From the NCBI GenBank assembly GCA_002773135.1, contig PFCB01000028.1:4203-68202 (forward strand): a stretch of 64,000 nucleotides of DNA, given 5' to 3'. The notes beneath the pieces are model-generated. The model had not been told where the DNA came from and made no database searches. It was given only the letters and a program-made list of their open reading frames with translations. Position numbers and translations under genes: made by a program. Below are positions 56,452 to 64,000 of the stretch, piece after piece. Within the stretch, counting starts at the first letter, position 1. Each line of letters starts with the position of its first letter. Origin of the DNA: Candidatus Magasanikbacteria bacterium CG10_big_fil_rev_8_21_14_0_10_47_10 (GTDB taxonomy: Bacteria > Patescibacteriota > Patescibacteriia > Magasanikbacterales > UBA922).

Positions 56452-58256
56452 ACGTTTTTCCCTAGTATTGAATGCATCCTGGACAAATAACTTGTTCCAT
56501 CCGCTAGCAATTGCTTTGGAGATCCTTGCTCTATCACAGTCCCCTTATCGATTGCCACAATGGTGTCGGAGCCCAACACGGTTGATAATCTGTGCGCAAT
56601 AATAATTACTGTAATTTCGCCCTTCAACCCGTCTATAACCTGCCTAATTTTTGCCTCTGACTCATTATCCAGCGCACTCGTGGCTTCATCCAAAATAAGC
56701 AACTTCGGCTTTCGCGCCAGAACGCGGGCAATGCTCAGGCGCTGTCTTTGCCCACCTGAAAGACGGATTCCTCTGTCACCAATGACTGTATCAAATCCGT
56801 CAGGACAGTCCATAATGGCATTGTACATGTTTGCTTGCTGTGCAGCCAAGGCAATATCCTCCTGGGTTATTGTTTCATCAAAAAAAGAAATATTGTTGGC
56901 AATTGTGTCATGAAACAAAAAAATGTCCTGCGATACATACCCAATGCTGTTTCTGTATTCCTGCAATGATATTTGTTGAATGTCTGTCCCATCGATGCAA
57001 ACCCGCCCCTCTGTTGGCTGCAACAATCGTAAAAGAATATCAACCAACGTTGTCTTTCCTGCTCCGGATTCTCCTATTATCCCCACCGTCTCCCCCTTTG
57101 CGATGCTAAAATTCAATCCGGACAACACAGAACTTCCACCAGCATACGCAAATCCGGTGTTTTCAAATGTAATACTTTTGTTCAATGTGAACGGCGTCCC
57201 TTCTATATCGGACTCCCTCTGATCGTGTGCAAGCAACTCGTAGTCAAGAACATTTTTCAAAAAAGGATAATTGGCATTAATCCCGATGATAATCGTATTT
57301 AATCGTTTGATATACACAAAAATCTGCTTGATCAGATAAATTATGACAAGCAACGCCGCAAAATCAAACGTCGGTGACTGGTAAAAAAAATAAAAAACGA
57401 GAACAATAAAAAGAAGGCTTACTGGCTGCATCAAATGCGTTGACGTAATGTTAACAAAAAAAAGTCGGATTTGGAGCTCCTTAACTTTTTCAAAGAAGGA
57501 AACGCCCACCCGACGAACTCGATCCTGCACATTCATGGCTTTAATTGTTTTCATCCCTGTGATCGCTTCGTTAATCTGGTGAGATAATTCTTTATAAATA
57601 TTTGTCTCCGCAACCGAAATTTCACGTATCTTGCGAATAAACGGCCTGATTGCCAAAAAAAGAACAATACCAAGAAAAAAAGTACCCAATGTTATAACAG
57701 GTGAAATACTTATTGCTACCGCAGAATATACCGCTAAATTCACCAGCGTCATCACCGCCATGCTAATGATGCTGAGATAATTTTTACTCCGAACGACATC
57801 TGTCAAAAGTACTTGCTCAAGATATCCCAATTTCTGCTTCATCAGGTAAGACCATGATGATTCCAACGTAGCAGAAAGAAGCCTCGTCCTCGTCTCAGCC
57901 TCGTACTCCGCATTAATTTTCAAGCTGATATACGAAAAAGCTATGGTGATGACTGATGTGGCAATAAAAAGAAGAGAAATAAATATGAGCAAATACGGAA
58001 CACTAAAATTAACACCTACAAGTTGAAAACCAGCTTCAATGTACGTTGAAATTGGATCAGTCGCGCTATTTTCAGCGCCAACAATAAGTGAAAAAAGTGG
58101 AATCAACGCGTTAATCCCGATTCCTTCAAAAACGCCACTCACAAAGGCAAGAATAACCAAAATAATAATTCTGCCTTTGTATTCGCCAAATGCGCGATTT
58201 GACAGGTGAATCGCGTTCTGTATGGTTGCGATATATCGATGTATCATACCTTCCAC
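56448..58256 (-). CDS. ABC exporter, fused permease-ATPase (MsbA/ type I exporter-like)
   Basis: 602 aa; 6 TM N-terminal; Walker A GESGAGKTT, signature LSGGQRQRLSIAR, Walker B LLILDEATSALD. Confidence 0.9.
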   Translation of the reverse strand: MEGMIHRYIATIQNAIHLSNRAFGEYKGRIIILVILAFVSGVFEGIGINALIPLFSLIVGAENSATDPISTYIEAGFQLVGVNFSVPYLLIFISLLFIATSVITIAFSYISLKINAEYEAETRTRLLSATLESSWSYLMKQKLGYLEQVLLTDVVRSKNYLSIISMAVMTLVNLAVYSAVAISISPVITLGTFFLGIVLFLAIRPFIRKIREISVAETNIYKELSHQINEAITGMKTIKAMNVQDRVRRVGVSFFEKVKELQIRLFFVNITSTHLMQPVSLLFIVLVFYFFYQSPTFDFAALLVIIYLIKQIFVYIKRLNTIIIGINANYPFLKNVLDYELLAHDQRESDIEGTPFTLNKSITFENTGFAYAGGSSVLSGLNFSIAKGETVGIIGESGAGKTTLVDILLRLLQPTEGRVCIDGTDIQQISLQEYRNSIGYVSQDIFLFHDTIANNISFFDETITQEDIALAAQQANMYNAIMDCPDGFDTVIGDRGIRLSGGQRQRLSIARVLARKPKLLILDEATSALDNESEAKIRQVIDGLKGEITVIIIAHRLSTVLGSDTIVAIDKGTVIEQGSPKQLLADGTSYLSRMHSILGKNV

Positions 58257-58513
58257 TCATTAATCGTATCCACAACTTTCTTCTTCACGTTCAAATACTT
58301 TTCTGTTGCTTTTTTTTCAAGCTCCGGTGAGACCAGCCGCAATATTTCCTTTCCAAGAATTCTATACTGGCCCCCTACTTTATTTGCCTTAATCAAGCCT
58401 TTTTTTAAAAGCCGTTTCATTGTGCTCGAGCTTATCTTGAGCAGTTGCTGAGCCTCTGACGTCGTATAGATGCCATTGGGATCAACCGCATTGTGGGTTA
58501 TGTCGTCGTGCAT
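58244..58513 (-). CDS. Excisionase/AlpA-type helix-turn-helix DNA-binding protein (HTH_17-like)
   Basis: 89 aa; YTTSEAQQLLKISSSTMKRLLKKGLIKANKVGGQYRI matches the HTH_17 excisionase-family pattern; 13-nt overlap with the ABC gene start. Confidence 0.55.
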   Translation of the reverse strand: MHDDITHNAVDPNGIYTTSEAQQLLKISSSTMKRLLKKGLIKANKVGGQYRILGKEILRLVSPELEKKATEKYLNVKKKVVDTINEWKV

Positions 58514-58566
58514 ACGTTGCTTTCAGATACAGTGTATCATACTGATCTATCAGGTGTCAAAAAGGG

Positions 58567-60807
58567 TCATATGGTATCAAGTATGCGTTTTACCCGCCTT
58601 TCCCATGTATATGTATCCATCACCAACCGGTATGCCCTCTGTGCTGCAGCATTGGCACTTTCCCGGCTGTGACGCAGGCCATTGACTGCCCGGGCAATAC
58701 TGTTTGGATCACCCGGCTGGCAAAAAAAGGCCCTCTCCTCTGACAGTACTTCTCTGACACTTGGAAGATCTGAAGCAAGAATCGGACGATTGCTTGCCAT
58801 ATACTCAAACATCTTGAGGGGTGACATAAAGTACGCAAAGTGCTCTGTCCAGGGAAATGGCATAAGCAGTACATCGCAGGCCTTCTGATACCGAGCAATA
58901 ACCGGCTGCGCAAAATGCTCAACAAGCAACACCCTGTCACCAACACCTATTTCTTCTGCCATCTGCTGATATTCCTCTCTATGCCGTTTTTTACCCCCCA
59001 CAGCAAGAAACATCACATTTGAATCAAGCTGTTTCAATGCGGACAAAATATCTGCAATCCCTTTGTCCATTTCCAGTGTTTTGAATCGCCCCATGTAGCC
59101 AATAATAAATTTTTCTTGTGGCAAACCAAACGCGTCACGCGCCTGCTCTTTTGTTGTTGGGATATCAAAGATTGCAGGATCTACAGCATCAGGAAACACA
59201 TGTGTTTGTTTTTTTCGCGCATAGGTATCTGCGTATGTCTTTTCCAAATGCTGTGTGACAAAAATAATTGTATCTACTGTGCGAGATAGGAAGCGTTCAA
59301 CCACCTGATCAATGCCATTTCTTGGCATCTCATGGATCTCATACACGGTCTTGATGCGCAGACGAAAGAGGAGTATCAAAACCGATACCAGCAGCAGCAA
59401 ACGAGGTTCCCTACAGTATACGTGTGTTATGTGTTGTTCCCGTGCATATTGAATGTATTGAAATGCCCGTAACAAACTGTTGGGTGCATTACATTCTTGA
59501 ATGTCAAATTCTTCCCCACCACTACGCAATTTTTTTACCCCCAATACAAATTCGCAATCATGCTGTTTACCAAAAGCACGAGACATGGCAGCAATCTGTG
59601 CCCCACTTCCGGTACTTAGTGGAAATGTTATTGACGTCGCGTATAACAGATGCGCCTTTTGTTCACGCATACGTGTTAGAATGTGATCTGCTCTGGCATA
59701 CCATGTATATCTCTGCACGTCTTCAAATGCTTGCAAGCAAAGGCGCGTAGACACTGACGTATTGTTCTGAATATCTCTTATCGCATGTGCCAGTGACTTG
59801 CTATCTCCGGGCTTGACCAGCAACGCGTTCTTCTGATCTGCCAGGATCTCTCGTACACTTGGCAGATCACTTGCAATAATAGGACGCTTGCTTGCCATGT
59901 ATTCAAACATCTTTAGTGGTGACATACAATACGCAAAATGCTCTGTATATGGAAATGGCATCAGGAGCGCATTACAGGCCTTCTGATACAATGCCACCTC
60001 TCTTCTGGTCACAAATCCCTTAAAGTGAACCCTCTTTTTGACACCAAGTGCGTCTGCTTTGCGTGTATAGTGTGCAATGTCCGTGTCTGTTCCTCCAACA
60101 CAAAGAAAATGAGCAGTAGGAACCGACACCAATGATTCTAAAATAGAATCTATCCCCTTTTGCATGCCCATGGTACTAAATCTGCCAAAGTACCCAACAA
60201 CATATGATCCCAAAAGCATGCCCAGGCCTGCTTGCTGTCTTGCCTGCTCAATTGAAATATCTGATGCAAAAATGTCCATATCTACTGCATCTGGTTGGAT
60301 GAGTATATCTCTGCTAGGATGCATTTTTTTATACTGTTGCTTGAGCCCTTCTGTCACGGCAATGACATGCGTGACTCGTTTTGTAAAGAGCTGGAAGGCC
60401 CACTGCTTTGTCGCAAACACACGATGAACTTCAAAGGCAGTCTTGAATCCACGCAAACCAAATACCCACGCAACTTCTGGCTGTCTTGTATACACTAGAG
60501 TGTCTTTGTCCAATTTGAAAAAAAATAATTGCAGCAAAAACCACATTGTCTGTAGATGAAAACTTATTTTTCCTATCTTAGGATGCCACCTAAGAAAATC
60601 ATAGCTCTTGATCCGTTCTACATGAAATGAATCCTTTTTAAGACCATAGTAATCAAAAATAGTTGCATCTACTTCTTGCTTTCTTGTTGGCAAATACACC
60701 GTCACATCTGCGCCATGCATCGCAAACTGCTCACACATTTTGGTGATTTGGTATCCGCTGGCCTTTTGGCTTGGAATCGTAAGATTTGCGATGTATGCCA
60801 GTTTCAT
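58567..60807 (-). CDS. Dual-domain glycosyltransferase: two tandem GT-B (GT4-like) modules in one polypeptide
   Basis: 746 aa; near-identical C-terminal GT4 motifs in each half (LLMPFPYTEHFAYCMSPLKMFEYMASKRPIIASDLPSVREIL / LLMPFPWTEHFAYFMSPLKMFEYMASNRPILASDLPSVREVL); DNA-level direct repeat ~1.1 kb apart. Confidence 0.8.
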   Translation of the reverse strand: MKLAYIANLTIPSQKASGYQITKMCEQFAMHGADVTVYLPTRKQEVDATIFDYYGLKKDSFHVERIKSYDFLRWHPKIGKISFHLQTMWFLLQLFFFKLDKDTLVYTRQPEVAWVFGLRGFKTAFEVHRVFATKQWAFQLFTKRVTHVIAVTEGLKQQYKKMHPSRDILIQPDAVDMDIFASDISIEQARQQAGLGMLLGSYVVGYFGRFSTMGMQKGIDSILESLVSVPTAHFLCVGGTDTDIAHYTRKADALGVKKRVHFKGFVTRREVALYQKACNALLMPFPYTEHFAYCMSPLKMFEYMASKRPIIASDLPSVREILADQKNALLVKPGDSKSLAHAIRDIQNNTSVSTRLCLQAFEDVQRYTWYARADHILTRMREQKAHLLYATSITFPLSTGSGAQIAAMSRAFGKQHDCEFVLGVKKLRSGGEEFDIQECNAPNSLLRAFQYIQYAREQHITHVYCREPRLLLLVSVLILLFRLRIKTVYEIHEMPRNGIDQVVERFLSRTVDTIIFVTQHLEKTYADTYARKKQTHVFPDAVDPAIFDIPTTKEQARDAFGLPQEKFIIGYMGRFKTLEMDKGIADILSALKQLDSNVMFLAVGGKKRHREEYQQMAEEIGVGDRVLLVEHFAQPVIARYQKACDVLLMPFPWTEHFAYFMSPLKMFEYMASNRPILASDLPSVREVLSEERAFFCQPGDPNSIARAVNGLRHSRESANAAAQRAYRLVMDTYTWERRVKRILDTI

Positions 60808-60816
60808 AATCTGCTT

Positions 60817-62523
60817 CTACTTTTTTGCAATAAAGAAATAGCCGAGCGGCACGTGCTTTTCTGAAAGATGATTGCTCGGTCGTATGCGCGTTAGAAATTT
60901 TTTTATAAGCAAATAATCGAGCACCAGATGAATTTTTTCTGCGATCCGCTTCACAAATCGCGGCCGGTACAGCCCAAATTGCAATTGGAATCGCGTACTA
61001 AAGACGCCGGTACCCAGCTCGTGAATATGGATATCGGTAAAACCCGCGCGTTCGAACATTTTTTTCAATGCGGAGCCTGTGTACCGAAAATAGTCATCCG
61101 GCGAACCATGTACATGAAATAAAAATGGTGTGCACCCAACAAACCGACCACCTGATTTTAGAACTCGAAATCCCTCGTTCAAAACCGTTTGATAATCAAA
61201 TATATGTTCCAGCACGTTCATGCACACAATACCGTCATATGACCCGTCTTCCATTGGAAATGGCTGTTGAATGTCAAAACACAAATCACAGCCGGTATCG
61301 GGATTGATATTCACCACAAAAATATCATGCTCCCCTTTCATACGTTCATGGTAGCCGGAGCGTCTGTCTCCCCCAAGATCCAGGACCTTCCCATTGATTG
61401 ACTCTATCTTGGATAAGGCATCATACTCAAGACGCCGGAGTAATGACATTGGTGATTTCTTCATAGGAGTATTTTTTTGTATGTGAGTAAATATCTTTTT
61501 TATCAGGGCAGTGACACTATGTTGTTTCACAACGATGTCTCGTAAATGTACTCCAAGCGCTGTGCGCTCATTTTTTGATAATGTATATATCTCCTCTATT
61601 TTCTGCACGAATGCTGAAACATTATTTTTTTCATACATCAATTTTTCTGTATGAGAACCAAGGACATCAACCAGTGCATCATTGCATGTAAGGATCGGAG
61701 TCCCGCATGCCATTGCCTCAAGAATGGCTTTATCCAAGCTTCCGGTTGTGCTCATGTTTACAAACAAGTCAGCCTTTTGCAAATGTTCCGCGAGATCCTT
61801 ATTTGGCACAGACCCAACAAATGAAATATGCTGATCAAGCCCCATATTTCTTACTGCGTGCTTCAGCTCTTCCAAATATATCTCCTGAGAGGGAGTACCC
61901 GGTGCTCCAATAATGTCTGCTCTCAGCTCAATCCCCTTTTGTTTCAAAACATCAACAGCATGAATCATCAAGCCGTACCCTTTTACCGGTGAAATTCGTC
62001 CAACAGTAACTAATGTAAATACTTGACCTGACTCTGATTCCAAGCGTGGAGTAAATTGTTTTATATCTATCCCCTGATGAAGCACCCGGATCTTCTTGCT
62101 ATCTAATCGGCATCCTTTTGGCGTGGAGGTAAAAATGATGTTGACAAGTATTTCTGCAAGTCGCAATCGTGGAGACACATGACCATGTGCATACCACAGA
62201 GCGATTGGTTTGCGCATAAGTTTCCAAAGGAACCCGCCCAGCAACACATATTCAACAATCATGTGCACATAGACTTGATCGTAGTCTTTTCTATATTTCC
62301 AAATATACGAATAGAGACGCCTAAGATATGTAAAACGAGAAGCGCCGTCTTCTTTGCCAAGACTATGTACAGTTACAGTATCCGGCAAATCAATAGCTCC
62401 TTTACTCAAGCAAACAACAGTAACCGTATCTACATATTGAGATAATTCTGCTACCCAGCGGTGTGTAAACGCCAACACATCGTCATTCGCATCCATCTTT
62501 TCACATAAAAAAAGCAACCTCAT
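60817..62523 (-). CDS. Glycosyltransferase (GT4) - class I SAM methyltransferase fusion (candidate chain-terminating/modifying enzyme)
   Basis: N-terminal GT-B; C-terminal SAM motif VLDLGGDRRSGY...GGRFVG; start set at second Met to abut upstream stop. Confidence 0.7.
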   Translation of the reverse strand: MRLLFLCEKMDANDDVLAFTHRWVAELSQYVDTVTVVCLSKGAIDLPDTVTVHSLGKEDGASRFTYLRRLYSYIWKYRKDYDQVYVHMIVEYVLLGGFLWKLMRKPIALWYAHGHVSPRLRLAEILVNIIFTSTPKGCRLDSKKIRVLHQGIDIKQFTPRLESESGQVFTLVTVGRISPVKGYGLMIHAVDVLKQKGIELRADIIGAPGTPSQEIYLEELKHAVRNMGLDQHISFVGSVPNKDLAEHLQKADLFVNMSTTGSLDKAILEAMACGTPILTCNDALVDVLGSHTEKLMYEKNNVSAFVQKIEEIYTLSKNERTALGVHLRDIVVKQHSVTALIKKIFTHIQKNTPMKKSPMSLLRRLEYDALSKIESINGKVLDLGGDRRSGYHERMKGEHDIFVVNINPDTGCDLCFDIQQPFPMEDGSYDGIVCMNVLEHIFDYQTVLNEGFRVLKSGGRFVGCTPFLFHVHGSPDDYFRYTGSALKKMFERAGFTDIHIHELGTGVFSTRFQLQFGLYRPRFVKRIAEKIHLVLDYLLIKKFLTRIRPSNHLSEKHVPLGYFFIAKK

Positions 62524-63515
62524 AAAACAAAATTTGCAATTGCGTCTATCCACGCGTCTTTTCTATCTGTTGAAATTATTCTAATTGTATCGCCGGATTT
62601 GGTTTCATACCCGGCACTCCCAACCGCGCTCATGATAATGGGCGTGCCGGCACACTCGGCTTCGCGAATGACCGAGCTATACCCCTCACTACGACTTGGC
62701 GACAAAAGGCAGTCCACGGTTTTTATATACCCTATTGGGTCGTCGGTCCATGCCTCAAAAAAAACATGTCGCTCCAGCACGAGATCCGCGACCTTCTGCA
62801 TAAGCATCTTTTTTTGCGAGCCATCTCCAACAATCAAGAGCCGGTAGCCCGGCTTTAGCACTGCGACCTGCGCCCACACATCTATCAGCCATGATACATT
62901 CTTTACCGGTTCCAGCCGCCCCAGAAACAAAAAAATAGCATCCGCACCGGGATATTTTTTTTTCGCGTCATTTCTTGGTATGTGATCTTTGATGATGCTG
63001 CCATCCATGATCAAGGGAGCGACAGTCAGCGTATGCTCGGGCACGCCCATTACCCGCATGCTCTGTTTTATCCGCTCGCCAACAACACGCACGCGGCTCG
63101 CACGTTTAATCACAAACAAACCGAGATGATATTGAATCCGCTCTTTGGCTGATCCCTTTTTATAATATTCTGATCCGTAAAAGTCACCATGCACCTGGAC
63201 TTCCAGCTCCGCGCGCGACATGATGGCAAGAACCCAACCTGCCAACCCGGTAAAAAAAGGATCCTGCGTTGTTATTTTTTTTATATGGTATTTCCCAATA
63301 ATCCGATCACCCAGCAGCACAAGGCGAAAAAATTGCGCAGCCTTGTTGCCGCCCGTACCGGTGACTGTTACCTCATCCGACAAAGCAATTTTTTGATACA
63401 CTCGCGTCGGAATGATAATTTCCAGCGCTTCATTTTTTCCATACTCAATCATGCGCTGAGCAACACCGCCGGTAGAATCAAATATTTTCCTATCCAAACT
63501 AATCATGAGTTGCAT
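62520..63515 (-). CDS. Glycosyltransferase family 4 (GT-B)
   Basis: 331 aa; EX7E-region GTPIIMSAVGSAGYE. Confidence 0.75.
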   Translation of the reverse strand: MQLMISLDRKIFDSTGGVAQRMIEYGKNEALEIIIPTRVYQKIALSDEVTVTGTGGNKAAQFFRLVLLGDRIIGKYHIKKITTQDPFFTGLAGWVLAIMSRAELEVQVHGDFYGSEYYKKGSAKERIQYHLGLFVIKRASRVRVVGERIKQSMRVMGVPEHTLTVAPLIMDGSIIKDHIPRNDAKKKYPGADAIFLFLGRLEPVKNVSWLIDVWAQVAVLKPGYRLLIVGDGSQKKMLMQKVADLVLERHVFFEAWTDDPIGYIKTVDCLLSPSRSEGYSSVIREAECAGTPIIMSAVGSAGYETKSGDTIRIISTDRKDAWIDAIANFVL

Positions 63516-64000
63516 ATCTGTCGCAATGCTTGCTGAGTATTATTCATCATAGTATCAAACGAAAACGTTTCAAAAAAATCTTCCGGAGGTCGCCCATTGG
63601 GTCTATCAATCAAAAAAGTCCGTATGGCTTTTTCCAAATCATCGCGGTCATTGTACACAAAGAGTGTTCCTGTGCCGGCCGCCCGTATCAACTCCGGATT
63701 CCCAGAACTGTTACTTGCCAGAACAAAGGTACCCAGCATCATCGCCTCCAATATCGCATGAGAGAGTCCTTCGTAACCGCTGTTGAGGATAAACGCGTCA
63801 GCCTGCCGCATGTGTGACAGTGTTTCATTTCTTGAACACACGCCAAGCAGGTGGACTGTTTCATCCAGAGCCAAACGCGATACATGTGACTCGATATCTT
63901 TTCGTGTAGGGCCGTCGCCAATAATTTTTAGTTGTAATGCGGGAAAATCATTTTTTAATCGATGCATGACATCAATGAGAACAATCATTCCCTTCCACGG
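63503..64000 (-). CDS. Glycosyltransferase family 4, C-terminal part (gene continues beyond window end)
   Basis: IIGDGPTRKDIESH...AFILNSGYEGLSHAILEAMMLGTFVLASNSSGNPELI; no stop between 63989 and 64000 in frame. Confidence 0.6.
   Translation of the reverse strand, partial: PWKGMIVLIDVMHRLKNDFPALQLKIIGDGPTRKDIESHVSRLALDETVHLLGVCSRNETLSHMRQADAFILNSGYEGLSHAILEAMMLGTFVLASNSSGNPELIRAAGTGTLFVYNDRDDLEKAIRTFLIDRPNGRPPEDFFETFSFDTMMNNTQQALRQICNS

Overview
This 64-kb window looks like a moderate-GC (about 45-50% by eye) bacterial chromosome with three parts. (1) Positions 1-25.3 kb are mostly a plus-strand de novo purine supercluster: folD, purA, purL, purM, a PurQ-PurS-PurC-PurE fusion, purB, purF, a PurD-PurN fusion, purH, then divergent guaB/guaA. 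Foreign-looking single genes interrupt it: a DNA-alkylation-repair gene, a GC-rich hypothetical, a DUF559 endonuclease-domain gene and a GC-rich zinc-ribbon ORF. A tRNA(CAU) and a PBP2-type transpeptidase lie near the 5' end. (2) Positions 29.3-33.9 kb are a sharply GC-rich (about 65%) three-gene island. Each gene is bracketed by host-style AT-rich promoters and hairpin terminators. The island encodes a TPR-like membrane protein, a 737-aa Cys/Asp-rich lipoprotein with about 9 CDGxDNDCDGxxDE (MopE/thrombospondin-type-3-like) repeats and a C-terminal lectin/DUF1566-like domain, and a hypothetical protein. (3) Positions 25.4-29.3 kb and 33.9-64 kb form a long minus-strand glycan locus. It has nucleotide-sugar dehydrogenases and an epimerase, a nonulosonic-acid (pseudaminic/legionaminic-like) pathway with PseB, PseC, GNAT, NeuB-like synthase, a 2-epimerase and a cytidylyltransferase, and an unusual kinase-aminotransferase fusion. 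It continues into an ABC-transporter-dependent assembly module: TagD-like cytidylyltransferase, TagF-like glycerophosphotransferase, two KpsC/KpsS-like paralogues, a FemAB-like acyltransferase, an internally duplicated dual glycosyltransferase, a GT-methyltransferase fusion, an MsbA-like ABC exporter and an excisionase-type HTH. A family of GTCATT...AATCC palindromic MITE-like repeats flanks guaB/guaA and also sits in-frame inside guaA. No rRNA, CRISPR array or integrase was seen.
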